A DNA stretch of 64,000 bases from an uncultured Bacilli bacterium (GTDB lineage Bacteria; Bacillota_I; Bacilli_A; RF39; UBA660): the NCBI GenBank assembly GCA_934096815.1, contig CAKOMY010000001.1, forward strand, positions 156,614 through 220,613. The letters run 5' to 3'. Position 1 is the stretch's first letter. Each line of letters begins with the position of its first letter. Shown here one piece after another: positions 40,177 through 50,795 of the stretch. The translations under genes were made by a program, and so were the position numbers. The notes beneath the pieces are model-generated. The model ran no database searches. It was not told where the DNA came from and saw only the letters and a list, made by a program, of their open reading frames with translations.

Positions 40177-41358
40177 ATGAAAGAATATTTAAAGAAGACA
40201 AAATTTGAATTATGGGAAGTAATGGCAATTACATTATTTTCATCTTTGGTTATGAGTTTTTGTACTGGTTATTTAGTTTATAAGAGTTCTTGCTTACAGA
40301 TTTCGACTGGTAACGGGGATGATAATTTAGCTGAGTTATATAAAGCATATGATGAGATTAAATCCAATTATTATAGTACTGTAGATTTAGGTGCTTTAGT
40401 TGATGCTGGTATTAAAGGAATGTTTAGTTATTTAGGAGATCCTTATACTACTTATTTAGATAAAGATCAAACTGATAATTTAAATAATTCTTTAAGTGGA
40501 AGTTATCAAGGAATTGGTGTTAAAATAAGTGTTAATAATGAAGAAAATAAAATGATTATTTCTGAGGTTTATGATAATACACCAGCAAAGAGTGCTGGAC
40601 TTGCCGTAGGAGATATCATTGTAAAAGTTAATGATAATGTTGTTGCTGATATGGAGTCTGGTGAAGTAACCAAATTAATTAAAAGTAGTGATGAAGTAAA
40701 GTTAGTTGTCAATAGAGATGGTAATGATTTAGATTTTACTCTTAATACTACTAAGTTAAATAATCCTTCAGTTGATGATAAAATTATTGATGGAGATAAT
40801 GGTAATAAGATTGGTTATTTAAAAATAAGTAAATTTAATGAAACTGCTTATGAACAATTTTATGAGAAATTAAATAAGATTGAAGTGGATGGTATTAATA
40901 GTTTAATAATTGATTTAAGAGATAATACTGGTGGATATTTATCAGCAGCTACTAAAATAAGTGAGATGTTTTTACAAAAAGGAAAGGTTATTTATTCTTT
41001 AAATGAACAGTCTTCTACTAAAACAACTTATGATGAAACAGATGATGAAAGAAATTATAAGGTTTATATTTTAGTTAATGGTAATTCGGCTTCTGCATCT
41101 GAGATACTTGCTGCTGCTTTAAAAGATAGTTATGGTGCTAAATTAGTTGGCACAACAACTTATGGTAAAGGTAAAGTACAAAAAACAAGTAAATTATCTG
41201 ATGGAACTATGTATAAATATACGAGCGCTAAATGGTTAACTCCGAGTGGTGAATGTATTGATGGTGTTGGTTTAAAACCGGATATAGAGATATCTAACGG
41301 GAATGAATTATTAAAAGATTTAGTGCTTGAAAAAGCAATAGAGGAAATTCAAAAGTAA
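40177..41358 (+). CDS. ctpA: Carboxy-terminal processing peptidase (S41 family) with PDZ domain
   Basis: PDZ domain (GIGVKISV...GLAVGDIIVKVND). S41 catalytic region (IIDLRDNTGGY, GNSASASEILAAAL). Confidence 0.85.
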   Translation: MKEYLKKTKFELWEVMAITLFSSLVMSFCTGYLVYKSSCLQISTGNGDDNLAELYKAYDEIKSNYYSTVDLGALVDAGIKGMFSYLGDPYTTYLDKDQTDNLNNSLSGSYQGIGVKISVNNEENKMIISEVYDNTPAKSAGLAVGDIIVKVNDNVVADMESGEVTKLIKSSDEVKLVVNRDGNDLDFTLNTTKLNNPSVDDKIIDGDNGNKIGYLKISKFNETAYEQFYEKLNKIEVDGINSLIIDLRDNTGGYLSAATKISEMFLQKGKVIYSLNEQSSTKTTYDETDDERNYKVYILVNGNSASASEILAAALKDSYGAKLVGTTTYGKGKVQKTSKLSDGTMYKYTSAKWLTPSGECIDGVGLKPDIEISNGNELLKDLVLEKAIEEIQK

Positions 41359-41475
41359 AAGGATGCATTTGGTTGTGTTCTTTTTTTGTGATTAATATAA
41401 AATTTTATTAATTAGAATATTTTAAAATAAAAACATAAGTGATATAATAACAAACAAGAGCAAGGGTGGTTATAG

Positions 41476-42222
41476 ATGAATACATTAACTTTTAAGAATT
41501 ATGATTTAAAGCTAGAATTAGTACCGTTTACTAATATAATTGGTGGAATAGCTTCAGGTAAAACTTTTTTATTAAAGACACTTATAAATCAAAGTGATAG
41601 TAGTGATGTTTATATAGATGATAAAAATATTAATGAATATGATATAAATTTTTTAAGAAAGAATGTTGCTGCAGTGCTTAATAATTTTATATTTAACACT
41701 AATAGAGTAAAAAGTGAACTTGAATATTATCAGAAATGTTTAGGATATGATGATAAAGTAATTAGTAGTAGTATTAAAAAGTTTGTTACATTTTTTAAAT
41801 TAGATAATATTATAGATAAAGAAATTGGAGAAATTAGTAGAAGTGAAAAGGCTTTTATTAGAATATTATCTTTGTTGATTATTAATCCAAGAGTTATTGG
41901 AATTGATGATATGCTTACTTATTTAGATAATAAAGATAAATTAAAAATTGTTAAATATAGTAAAGAGAATAAGATTTCGATTCTAAATGTAACAAGTAAT
42001 AGTGAAGAACTTTTATTAGGAACTAAAATTGTTGTACTTGATAACTTTCATGCTGTTATGTATGAGGATACTTTAGAGGTTTTGTCTAATGATAAAGTTT
42101 TAAGTAAGATTGGTATGAATATGCCTTTTATTGCAGAATTATCAAATAATTTGAATTATTATGATTTATTAAAAGAAAAATATTTTGATATTAATTCTTT
42201 AATAGGTGAATTATGGAAGTAA
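41476..42222 (+). CDS. EcfA-like ABC ATPase homologue, catalytically degenerate
   Basis: Walker A-like GGIASGKT is present. The signature is ISRSEK rather than LSGGQ, Walker B is IGIDDML with no catalytic Glu, and the H-loop position reads VTSN. The C-terminal tail resembles EcfA. Confidence 0.55.
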   Translation: MNTLTFKNYDLKLELVPFTNIIGGIASGKTFLLKTLINQSDSSDVYIDDKNINEYDINFLRKNVAAVLNNFIFNTNRVKSELEYYQKCLGYDDKVISSSIKKFVTFFKLDNIIDKEIGEISRSEKAFIRILSLLIINPRVIGIDDMLTYLDNKDKLKIVKYSKENKISILNVTSNSEELLLGTKIVVLDNFHAVMYEDTLEVLSNDKVLSKIGMNMPFIAELSNNLNYYDLLKEKYFDINSLIGELWK

Positions 42223-42830
42223 TGTTTAGTAATAATCCTAATAATGGTTTTTTTGATATTAAACAATTTGTTGGTTTTTATGGAGAAATAAGTGATTTAG
42301 AAATATTGATTGATAATTTAGATAAAAAAGTTATAAATAGAAAATACAAAGTAAAGAAATATTTAAGTTATAATAAAGATTATTTTGATATTTTAGATTT
42401 AGATAAAGAATTTTTAAATAAAAAGATAGATGATTTATCTATGTGTGAATATAAATTAATGTTATTACTTATGGTAATAGAGGAAGAACCTAAGTTAATA
42501 GTTCTTAATTATTTTGATGTTGGATTTAATGGTAAATTTAAAAGAAAAATTATAAAGTTAATTAAACTTATTAGGGCCTCTTTAGGAATAAATTTTGTGG
42601 TTATTAGTAATGATGTAGTATTTGTAAATAAGGTTGTTAAACATGTTGTTGTATGTAATAAGAAAATTATTAAGTTTCAAGGAAAGGTTCTTGATGCTAT
42701 TAAGGAAGGATATATAGAGGAACCACCTATTTATGATTTTATTAAACTGGCTAATGATAAGGGTGCTAATTTGGAATATACATTGGATAGTAAAGATTTA
42801 TTAAAAGATATATATAGGAGTGTATTTTAA
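42213..42830 (+). CDS. Second EcfA-like ABC ATPase homologue, degenerate (no Walker A)
   Basis: LSMCEYK in the signature position and LIVLNYFD in Walker B. It is coupled to the previous gene and overlaps truA by TAATG. Confidence 0.5.
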   Translation: MEVMFSNNPNNGFFDIKQFVGFYGEISDLEILIDNLDKKVINRKYKVKKYLSYNKDYFDILDLDKEFLNKKIDDLSMCEYKLMLLLMVIEEEPKLIVLNYFDVGFNGKFKRKIIKLIKLIRASLGINFVVISNDVVFVNKVVKHVVVCNKKIIKFQGKVLDAIKEGYIEEPPIYDFIKLANDKGANLEYTLDSKDLLKDIYRSVF

Positions 42831-43552
42831 TGAAGTATTTTGCTAGTGTTAGTTATGATGGTTCTAAATTTTATGGATTTCAAAAATTAAATGATTATGA
42901 TACTGTTCAGAAGGAATTAGAAAGAGCACTTGGTATTATAAATAAAAGTTATGTTGCTGTAAAAGGTGCTGGAAGAACTGATAGAGGTGTTCATGCATAT
43001 AGTCAAGGTATTAGTTTTGAACTTAATGGAGGTATTCCTGCATCAAAGTTAAAGAATGTTATTAATAGAGTTTTAAATGATTATGTTCATATAAATTATG
43101 TTGAAGAAGTAAGTGATGATTTTCATCCTAGATTTGATGCTGTAAAGAAGAAATACGAATATGTTATTAATTTAGGTGAGTTTGATCCAATAATTAATGA
43201 TTATGTTTATAATTATAATAATAAATTAGACATAAGAAGGATGAGAAGGGCAAGTAAAGCATTTATTGGTTTTCATTCGTTTAAGGCTTTTACATCTGGT
43301 GCAAGAGATAATTATAATAGTGTTATTTATAGCATTAAATTTAAAAAGAAGGATGACTTTTTAACTATTACATTTGTAGGTAAAAGTTTTTATAGGTATA
43401 TGGTTAGAAATATGGTTGGGGCTTTGATACAGGCTGGTAATAATAAACTTGATAAGAATGACATAAAGATGATGTTAGATAAGGAGAAAGTAAATTGTAA
43501 GTATAATACAGCACCAGCATGTGGATTATATTTAGTTGATGTTTACTATTAA
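42830..43552 (+). CDS. truA: tRNA pseudouridine(38-40) synthase TruA
   Basis: YDGSKFYGFQ and the catalytic RTDRGVHA motif. Confidence 0.92.
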   Translation: MKYFASVSYDGSKFYGFQKLNDYDTVQKELERALGIINKSYVAVKGAGRTDRGVHAYSQGISFELNGGIPASKLKNVINRVLNDYVHINYVEEVSDDFHPRFDAVKKKYEYVINLGEFDPIINDYVYNYNNKLDIRRMRRASKAFIGFHSFKAFTSGARDNYNSVIYSIKFKKKDDFLTITFVGKSFYRYMVRNMVGALIQAGNNKLDKNDIKMMLDKEKVNCKYNTAPACGLYLVDVYY

Positions 43553-43554
43553 GT

Positions 43555-44445
43555 TTGGGTATGAATGAATTAGATTTGATGGATGGTAGTAAAAATGATT
43601 ATCAGTTGGTTACAGAACTTAGTAAAGTTGTTAGAAGTTATAAAGATAAAAATAAACCTGTTGATAAAAAATTTGTTTATAAAGTTGCAAATGTGTGTTT
43701 AATTAATAATGAAGTGGATTTAAAAAATGGTTTGATAATTGTTGGTAACTCTAAAGAAATTGAAAATGATTATGAATCTTGTTATGGTGATGATATGATT
43801 ACATATTCGTCTTTATCTTTAAGAAATTTTTATAAACGGATAGACAATTTTGGAAGTGCATATAATTTTGGCAATCATAATATGCTTTCTTATTATTCTG
43901 TAATATGTACTTTAATTCATGAAATGTCTCACGCTAGACAGGATTATATTGTAAACAATCATCCTTATTCATTTGCTGGAATTATTTATTCCTATTGTAG
44001 TAATGTTTTTGAAAGTGAGCCACTTTTTTATGATATATACTATGATTGTTTTCCAGAAGAAAGAAATGCCTTTTTAAGAGGAAATTATATTGCTAATATG
44101 GTAATTAAGCATGTTTATGGCGATAAATTATCACTTTTTTTCAAGGAATTATTTTTTCAAGAATTACTTATTAATTATGACTATGATATGTATCCATTAA
44201 AGAGATTTGGTGATGCTTGTAAGCAGTTTGGATATGACTATTTTGATAGATTAATTCCTGATGTTGAATTAACTCAAGAAAATTTTTTTGAACGTGTTTG
44301 GTGTGGTTATAGGATAACGGAAGAAGAATATAATTATTTACTTGATTTAAGTATTGGTATTTCTTATCCTAAAAATGATGTGGTAAAAGAATATTTAAAA
44401 AAATCTTCAATAAAAAGATTAATTTTAGATTTTAAAAAGAAATAA
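43555..44445 (+). CDS. Hypothetical protein with HExxH motif (putative Zn-metallopeptidase-like)
   Basis: LIHEMSHARQ, with a downstream Glu (NVFESEP) that could be a third ligand. Confidence 0.4.
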   Translation: MGMNELDLMDGSKNDYQLVTELSKVVRSYKDKNKPVDKKFVYKVANVCLINNEVDLKNGLIIVGNSKEIENDYESCYGDDMITYSSLSLRNFYKRIDNFGSAYNFGNHNMLSYYSVICTLIHEMSHARQDYIVNNHPYSFAGIIYSYCSNVFESEPLFYDIYYDCFPEERNAFLRGNYIANMVIKHVYGDKLSLFFKELFFQELLINYDYDMYPLKRFGDACKQFGYDYFDRLIPDVELTQENFFERVWCGYRITEEEYNYLLDLSIGISYPKNDVVKEYLKKSSIKRLILDFKKK

Positions 44446-44592
44446 AATTATATATTATAATATTGAAGATGATTTATTAGAATAATTATTTCGTTTATTA
44501 GATTTATTATTTCTGATATTATTTTTTAAATAGGTTTATAATATAAATAGACAATAAATTAATATTTTGATATTATTTAGGTGTGATGTAGA

Positions 44593-45627
44593 ATGAATAT
44601 ATTAATTAATGGACATAATATTTATTTAATTTTATTGGTAACTTTTATATGTTGTGTTTTATTAGTGCCGCTTGCTAAAGTTGTTGCAAAACATATTGGA
44701 GCAATAGATATGCCTAATGAGAGAAAGGTGCATAAAAAACCAATGCCTAGATTAGGGGGACTTGCAATATATTTAACATTTTTAATTGGCTATATGTTAT
44801 TTGCACCTATTAATGAACAGATGATTTCAATTCTTATTGGAGGATTTATAATTATTATTCTTGGAATATGTGATGATATTAAACCAATTAGAGCAAGATA
44901 TAAATTTTTAGTTCAGATAGTAGCTGCTTCTATTGTTGTATTTTATGGTAATATATATTTACCTAATATAAGTGCACTTGGATTATCTCTAACTTTTGGA
45001 AAATGGGGTTATCCTTTAGCTATATTCTTTATTTTGGCTATTATTAATGCAATAAATTTAATTGATGGTATAGATGGGTTAGCAACAGGTACTAGTGCAA
45101 TATTTTTTGTTACTATAACTATAATTGCACTTCTGCTAGATAGGATTTATGGTTTAGATGTTATTTTATGTGTAATTATGCTTGGTGCTTGTTTAGGATT
45201 TTTAATGTATAATAAACCGCCTGCTTCAATATTTTTAGGAGATACGGGTAGTACGTTTTTAGGTTTTATTATTGCTATAATAGCACTTTTAGGTTATAAA
45301 ACGGCTACATTTACTAGTTTAATTATTCCAATATTTATATTACTTTTACCAATACTTGATACAGTGTTTGCAATGATTAGAAGATACTTAAAGGGAGAAA
45401 ATATAGGTGAGCCTGATAAAGAACATTTACATCATCAATTACTTAAACTTAATAATAGTACTACTAAGACAGTATTAATTATGTATGGAATTGATATTCT
45501 ATGTTCTGTGATAAGTGTTTTATATGCCTTAGGATATAATTTAACTGCTATAGTTTTATATTTATTATTAATGTCATTTATATTATTTTTGATTTATAAA
45601 ACTGATATATTATTTAAACATAAGTAG
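44593..45627 (+). CDS. tagO: UDP-GlcNAc:undecaprenyl-phosphate GlcNAc-1-phosphate transferase (TagO/WecA, MraY-like)
   Basis: PNERKVHKKPMPRLGG, DDxxP and NAINLIDGIDGLA motifs, with a polytopic membrane topology. Confidence 0.88.
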   Translation: MNILINGHNIYLILLVTFICCVLLVPLAKVVAKHIGAIDMPNERKVHKKPMPRLGGLAIYLTFLIGYMLFAPINEQMISILIGGFIIIILGICDDIKPIRARYKFLVQIVAASIVVFYGNIYLPNISALGLSLTFGKWGYPLAIFFILAIINAINLIDGIDGLATGTSAIFFVTITIIALLLDRIYGLDVILCVIMLGACLGFLMYNKPPASIFLGDTGSTFLGFIIAIIALLGYKTATFTSLIIPIFILLLPILDTVFAMIRRYLKGENIGEPDKEHLHHQLLKLNNSTTKTVLIMYGIDILCSVISVLYALGYNLTAIVLYLLLMSFILFLIYKTDILFKHK

Positions 45628-45684
45628 TTAGCTATTTATGTTTTTTTGATTATTTGATAAAATTTTTTTAGAAAGAGATTTTAT

Positions 45685-46413
45685 ATGAAGAATAGTAATT
45701 GTAAATTATTAGGTTATAATGTTTGCATATTAAATAAAAATGATATTGTAGATAAAATAAATAAGAGTAAGGATAGAAATATTATATTTAATTTAAATCC
45801 GATAATTATGGTAAATTTTAATAATAATATAGAATATAAAGCGTTTATAAATAATGAGAAATATAATATACCTGATGGATATGGAACAATTCTAGGTATG
45901 AGAATTAATGGCAATAAAGGATTTAATCAGTTAACTGGAGTAGATATGTTTAATGAACTTTTATGTAATGCATGTAAATATGATAAGAAAGTTTATTTAT
46001 ATGGTGCTAAAAACGAAGTTATTGAAAAGACTGTTAAAGTATTAAAAGAGAAGTATATTAACTTAAATATATGTGGTTATATGAGTGGATATAGTAAAGA
46101 AAAAGATGTATTAAATGATATAAAAAAATGTAAACCAGATTATTTATTTGTTGGTATAGGATCACCTAAACAAGAAGAATTTATCATTAGAAATGAAAAG
46201 TTGTTTAGAAATATAAGTGTTATTATGCCTGTTGGTGGTACGTTTGATGTTGTATCTGGTTTAAAGAAAAGAGCACCAATTATTTATCAAAAACTATACT
46301 TAGAATGGTTATATAGAATGATTAAAGAGCCTAAAAGAATTAAAGATAATGTTAAGATATTAAAATATTTATATTTGGTAATATTTAAAAATGGAGGTAA
46401 AGATGAAAAATAA
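45685..46413 (+). CDS. tagA: WecB/TagA/CpsF-family glycosyltransferase (N-acetylmannosaminyltransferase-like)
   Basis: Family profile (DGYGTILGMR, YLYGAK, VGIGSPKQEEFI, LEWLYRMIKEPKR). Confidence 0.85.
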   Translation: MKNSNCKLLGYNVCILNKNDIVDKINKSKDRNIIFNLNPIIMVNFNNNIEYKAFINNEKYNIPDGYGTILGMRINGNKGFNQLTGVDMFNELLCNACKYDKKVYLYGAKNEVIEKTVKVLKEKYINLNICGYMSGYSKEKDVLNDIKKCKPDYLFVGIGSPKQEEFIIRNEKLFRNISVIMPVGGTFDVVSGLKKRAPIIYQKLYLEWLYRMIKEPKRIKDNVKILKYLYLVIFKNGGKDEK

Positions 46414-47365
46414 AAGATTATATGTAGTTATACCTTGTTATAATGAAGAAGAAGTTTTAAGAGAAACAAGTAAGAGATTAAATGTTAAGTTAAACGAATT
46501 AATTAAAGATAAAACTATTTCTAAAGATAGTAAAGTATTATTTGTTAATGATGGATCTAAAGATAAAACTTGGAATATTATATGTGAATTAAATAAAGAA
46601 AATAAATTATTTAGTGGAATTAATTTATCAAGAAATAGAGGACACCAAAATGCGTTGGTAGCAGGACTTATGACTGCTAAAGAATATGCTGATGTGGTAA
46701 TATCTATGGATGCTGACTTACAAGACGATATTAATGCGATTGATGAAATGCTTAAAGATTATTATGATGGATCAGAAGTTGTTTATGGAGTTAGATCCTC
46801 AAGGGCAAAGGATACTTTCTTTAAAAAGTTTACAGCTGAAGCATTTTACAAGTTTATGAAATTTATGGGAGCTGATGTTGTATTTAATCATGCTGATTAT
46901 AGATTAACAAGTAAAAGAGTTTTAGATAATTTTGCAAATTATAAAGAAGTTAATTTATTTTTAAGAGGAATGTTTCCTTTAATTGGATTTAAATCTAGTA
47001 TAGTATATTATGAAAGGGCTGAAAGATTTGCAGGTGAGTCTAAATATCCATTAAAGAAAATGCTTAATTTTGCATGGGATGGGATAACATCTTTTAGTGT
47101 TAAACCAATAAGAATGATTCTTGATTTAGGTATATTTATTTGTATGATAAGTTTTGTAGTACTTATTTATTGTTTAATTAGAAAGATTAGCGGTGCTACT
47201 GTGGAAGGATGGACATTTATTGCTTGTTCATTATGGTTTTTAGGTGGTATTCAAATGTTTTCACTTGGTATAATTGGAGAATATGTTGGTAAGGTTTATA
47301 GTGAAACCAAAGCAAGACCTAGATATATTATTCAAGATAATTTATTAGAAAAGAAGGAAAAATAG
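46403..47365 (+). CDS. GT2-family polyprenol-phosphate glycosyltransferase (GtrB/ArnC-like) with C-terminal TM helices
   Basis: GGAGGT RBS. VVIPCYNEE, DGSKDKT and DADLQDD (the DxD motif). Two C-terminal TM helices. Confidence 0.85.
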   Translation: MKNKRLYVVIPCYNEEEVLRETSKRLNVKLNELIKDKTISKDSKVLFVNDGSKDKTWNIICELNKENKLFSGINLSRNRGHQNALVAGLMTAKEYADVVISMDADLQDDINAIDEMLKDYYDGSEVVYGVRSSRAKDTFFKKFTAEAFYKFMKFMGADVVFNHADYRLTSKRVLDNFANYKEVNLFLRGMFPLIGFKSSIVYYERAERFAGESKYPLKKMLNFAWDGITSFSVKPIRMILDLGIFICMISFVVLIYCLIRKISGATVEGWTFIACSLWFLGGIQMFSLGIIGEYVGKVYSETKARPRYIIQDNLLEKKEK

Positions 47366-47367
47366 AT

Positions 47368-47398
47368 AAAGCATATAATTGTTATGCTTTGTTTTGTT
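47368..47398 (+). terminator. Terminator after the GT2 gene
   Basis: AAAGCATA-loop-TATGCTTT followed by a T-rich tail. Confidence 0.65.
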
Positions 47399-47483
47399 TA
47401 TTTATTTAATAAATTGTATTGATATGTTCAAAAAAAGATGATATAGTTTAATTATGAACAAATTAATTATAGGAGTTGATTAT

Positions 47484-48461
47484 ATGAAAAAGTATATGTA
47501 TTTGTTGTTTTTGCTTATTTTATTTGTTGTAACAGGTTGTTCAAAAAAAGGAGATCAAATTGTTATTTATACATCTATGGAGGAAAATCGTAATAAAGCT
47601 TTAAAAGAGCAATTAGCTGAAAAATTTCCGGATAAAAAAATTGTGGTTCAATATTTATCAACTGGGAATTGTGCTGCAAAAATAAAAAATGAAGGTATAG
47701 AAGTGGAAGCAGATATTGTCCTAGATTTAGAAACTGCACATATGGCTGAACTTGAGGATAATTTTGCTGATTTATCATCTTTTGATACAAGTATTTATCT
47801 TGATGGAGTTAATAAGTCAAATAGATATTTAACTTGGACTAAATATACCATGACGTTAGTTATTGATAAAAATTATTTTGATGAACATAATTTATCGATA
47901 CCAAAAACTTATGAAGATTTGTTAAAACCTGAATATAAAAATTTAATTGCTATCCCTGATCCTAAAACATCTGGTACTGGTTACGCTTTTTACTTAAATG
48001 TTGTTAATATAATGGGTGAAGATAATGCTATTAAGTATTTTAAAAAATTAAAAAACAATTTAAGAGAATTTACAACTTCTGGTTCTGGACCTACAAACTT
48101 ATTAAAACAAGGTGAAATAGCTATTGCAATGGGAATGACAAGTCAAGGGGTAGAAGCTATTAATGAAGGGTATAATTTTAAAATTGTTTCTTTAAAAACT
48201 GGTGCTCCATATAATACTACTAGTTTTGGTATTATTAAGGGAAGAGAAAACAAAGAAAATGTACGTGAAGTTTTTGAGTGGTTAATGAATGATTTTGGAA
48301 AATATGATAAAGAATATTTTCTACCTGATAAGATTCTTAAAAATCAAGAAGTTAAAGTGAAAAATTATCCTACAAATTTAAAAGATGCAAAAATGGATGG
48401 TATAGATAGTGTTAGCGTCAAACAAGATTTAATTAGTAAGTGGGAAAAAGTTAATGGCTAG
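47484..48461 (+). CDS. ABC substrate-binding lipoprotein, FbpA/AfuA/ThiB/PhnS (COG1840-type) family
   Basis: Lipobox VTGC. Cluster E-like SBP profile. The start is at the ATG after TAGGAG. Confidence 0.75.
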   Translation: MKKYMYLLFLLILFVVTGCSKKGDQIVIYTSMEENRNKALKEQLAEKFPDKKIVVQYLSTGNCAAKIKNEGIEVEADIVLDLETAHMAELEDNFADLSSFDTSIYLDGVNKSNRYLTWTKYTMTLVIDKNYFDEHNLSIPKTYEDLLKPEYKNLIAIPDPKTSGTGYAFYLNVVNIMGEDNAIKYFKKLKNNLREFTTSGSGPTNLLKQGEIAIAMGMTSQGVEAINEGYNFKIVSLKTGAPYNTTSFGIIKGRENKENVREVFEWLMNDFGKYDKEYFLPDKILKNQEVKVKNYPTNLKDAKMDGIDSVSVKQDLISKWEKVNG

Positions 48462-49215
48462 TATTGAGGTTAAAAATATTTCAAAAATTTTTGATAATAA
48501 ATTGGTATTAAATGATTTGAATTTTAAAGTTAATGATGGCGAATTATTATCTATTTTAGGTAAATCAGGTTGTGGTAAAACGACTTTATTAAAGATATTA
48601 ATTGGTATTGAGAGACCATCGAGTGGAAGTATTTTAAAGAATAATAAAAATATTACAAATTATGATATTTCTAAGAGAGATATGGGAATAGTATTTCAAA
48701 ATTATGCATTGTTTCCAAATATGACTGTTCTTGAAAATGTTTCATATGCTTTAAAAAATAAATTAAAAAATAAGAATGAAGCAATAAAACAGGCTATGGA
48801 TATAATTTCAATGGTGAATTTAGAGGAACATGTAAATAAATATCCTAATGAACTATCAGGAGGTCAGATGCAAAGAGTGGCAATAGCTAGAACTTTAGCT
48901 CTTAAACCTGATGTTATTTTATTTGACGAAGCATTAAGTGCATTAGATGCTGAAAATAAAATAATTCTTAGAAATAAAATTAGAGAACTTAATAAAAAAT
49001 TTAACATTACAATGATATTTATTAGTCATGATCAAGAAGAAGCATTTTCAATATCTGATCGTGTTATGATTATGAATGATGGTTCTATTGAACAAATAGA
49101 TGAACCAAGTGAGATTTTTAAACATCCTGCGTCAAAATATGTTGAAGATTTTGTAGTTAATCATTTAAAAGAAAAGGTAACTTCAATTCAAAAGTGTATT
49201 AAGGCTGATTTATGA
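48454..49215 (+). CDS. ABC transporter ATP-binding protein (FbpC/ThiQ/PotA-like)
   Basis: Walker A GKSGCGKTT, LSGGQMQR signature and ILFDEALSALD Walker B. Overlaps the SBP gene. Confidence 0.9.
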   Translation: MASIEVKNISKIFDNKLVLNDLNFKVNDGELLSILGKSGCGKTTLLKILIGIERPSSGSILKNNKNITNYDISKRDMGIVFQNYALFPNMTVLENVSYALKNKLKNKNEAIKQAMDIISMVNLEEHVNKYPNELSGGQMQRVAIARTLALKPDVILFDEALSALDAENKIILRNKIRELNKKFNITMIFISHDQEEAFSISDRVMIMNDGSIEQIDEPSEIFKHPASKYVEDFVVNHLKEKVTSIQKCIKADL

Positions 49216-50795
49216 TGAAAAAATTTAAAATTAATAAAACAGAAATATTAGTATCATTATTTTTAATTGTTTCTGTTTTGATTCCAATTTCAAAACTATT
49301 TATTTATGTTAAATGGGAAACATTAGGCAAATTAGTAACTTCCAATGCATTTAAAAATGCTTTAAATAATTCGCTTATTGTAACGTCTATTTCGACAATT
49401 CTATCAATTATAATTGCTTATGTTATTGCCTATACTTTAAATAGAGTTGATATTAAGTTTAAAAAGTTTTTTAAGTTAGTATTTGTATTTCCAATGCTCA
49501 TTCCATCTGTTTCACATGGATTAGGGTTAATTAATTTATTTGGTACTAATGGAATTATATCTAGATATTTTGATTTTAATATTATTGGACCTGTTGGAAT
49601 TATAATTGGATCAATAATGTATTCTTTTCCAGTTGCGTTTTTAATGCTAGATGATGGATTTAAATATATTGATAATAATATGTATTATGTTTCAAAGTCG
49701 CTTAATTTAAATAGTTTTCAAATTTTTAAAAATGTTACTTTGGTTTATTTGAAAAAATCTATTCTGTCTTCTATTTTTGCTGTGTTTACTATGATTTTTA
49801 CTGATTATGGTGTACCAATAGCGGTAGGTGGCAAATTTAATACTTTACCCGTATTTTTATATAAAGAAGTTATAGGTTTACTTGATTTTTCAAAGGGAAC
49901 TATGATTGCAATGTTTTTACTTATTCCTGCAATAATTTCTTTTTTAGTTGATACTTTTGTTAAGGATTATAATAATGAAAATACTGGTAATAAAAATTAT
50001 TATAGTTCTAATAAAGTTTTATCTATATTTTTAAAATCATTTGTTGTTTTGATTACTATTTTAATTTTTGTGGTACTTGGTTCATTTATTTATTATGCAT
50101 TTGTTGATAATGTTGTACTTAATAATTCGTTTTCATTAAAACATTTTGAATATGTTATTGAAAATAGTGTTGGTGATTATTTATTAAATTCATTAATCAT
50201 ATCTTTATTTGTTGCAGTTATTGGAACTTGTATTTCTTATTTTGCTGCTTATAATACGGCAAGAGTTAGAGGAAAAATGTCTAAATTAATTCATTTATTT
50301 ACGATAATTACTTTAGCTATCCCTGGTATAGTTTTGGGACTTGCTTATACGATTTGTTTTAAAGGTACTTTTATCGCTAATACATTTGTCATAATAATAA
50401 TTTGTAATATTGTACATTTTATTGCATCACCTTATTTGATGGCTTACAACGCACTTTTAAAAGTTAATAGTAATTATGAAGTTGTTGCTTCTACACTGAA
50501 TGTTGGTATTTTAAAAATTATTAAGGATGTAATTATTCCTTGTACTAAAAGTACAATTATCGAAATGTTTTCTTATTTTTTTGTTAATAGTATGATTACA
50601 ATATCAGCTGTAACATTTTTATACACTTCTTCAACAATGCCTGTTTCATTATTAATAAATAATTATGAGGGAAATATGATGTTGGGAGAGGCTGCAATTG
50701 TTTCAATAATAATTTTATTAATTAATTTATTTGTTAAAATTGTTACTAATATTTTTGTGTCAAAAGATAGAAAGAAGGTTTATATTAATGATTAA
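49212..50795 (+). CDS. Fused two-domain ABC permease (FbpB/ThiP-like, ~12 TM)
   Basis: 527 aa with two BPD_transp_1-like halves. Overlaps the ATPase gene by ATGA. Confidence 0.85.
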   Translation: MMKKFKINKTEILVSLFLIVSVLIPISKLFIYVKWETLGKLVTSNAFKNALNNSLIVTSISTILSIIIAYVIAYTLNRVDIKFKKFFKLVFVFPMLIPSVSHGLGLINLFGTNGIISRYFDFNIIGPVGIIIGSIMYSFPVAFLMLDDGFKYIDNNMYYVSKSLNLNSFQIFKNVTLVYLKKSILSSIFAVFTMIFTDYGVPIAVGGKFNTLPVFLYKEVIGLLDFSKGTMIAMFLLIPAIISFLVDTFVKDYNNENTGNKNYYSSNKVLSIFLKSFVVLITILIFVVLGSFIYYAFVDNVVLNNSFSLKHFEYVIENSVGDYLLNSLIISLFVAVIGTCISYFAAYNTARVRGKMSKLIHLFTIITLAIPGIVLGLAYTICFKGTFIANTFVIIIICNIVHFIASPYLMAYNALLKVNSNYEVVASTLNVGILKIIKDVIIPCTKSTIIEMFSYFFVNSMITISAVTFLYTSSTMPVSLLINNYEGNMMLGEAAIVSIIILLINLFVKIVTNIFVSKDRKKVYIND

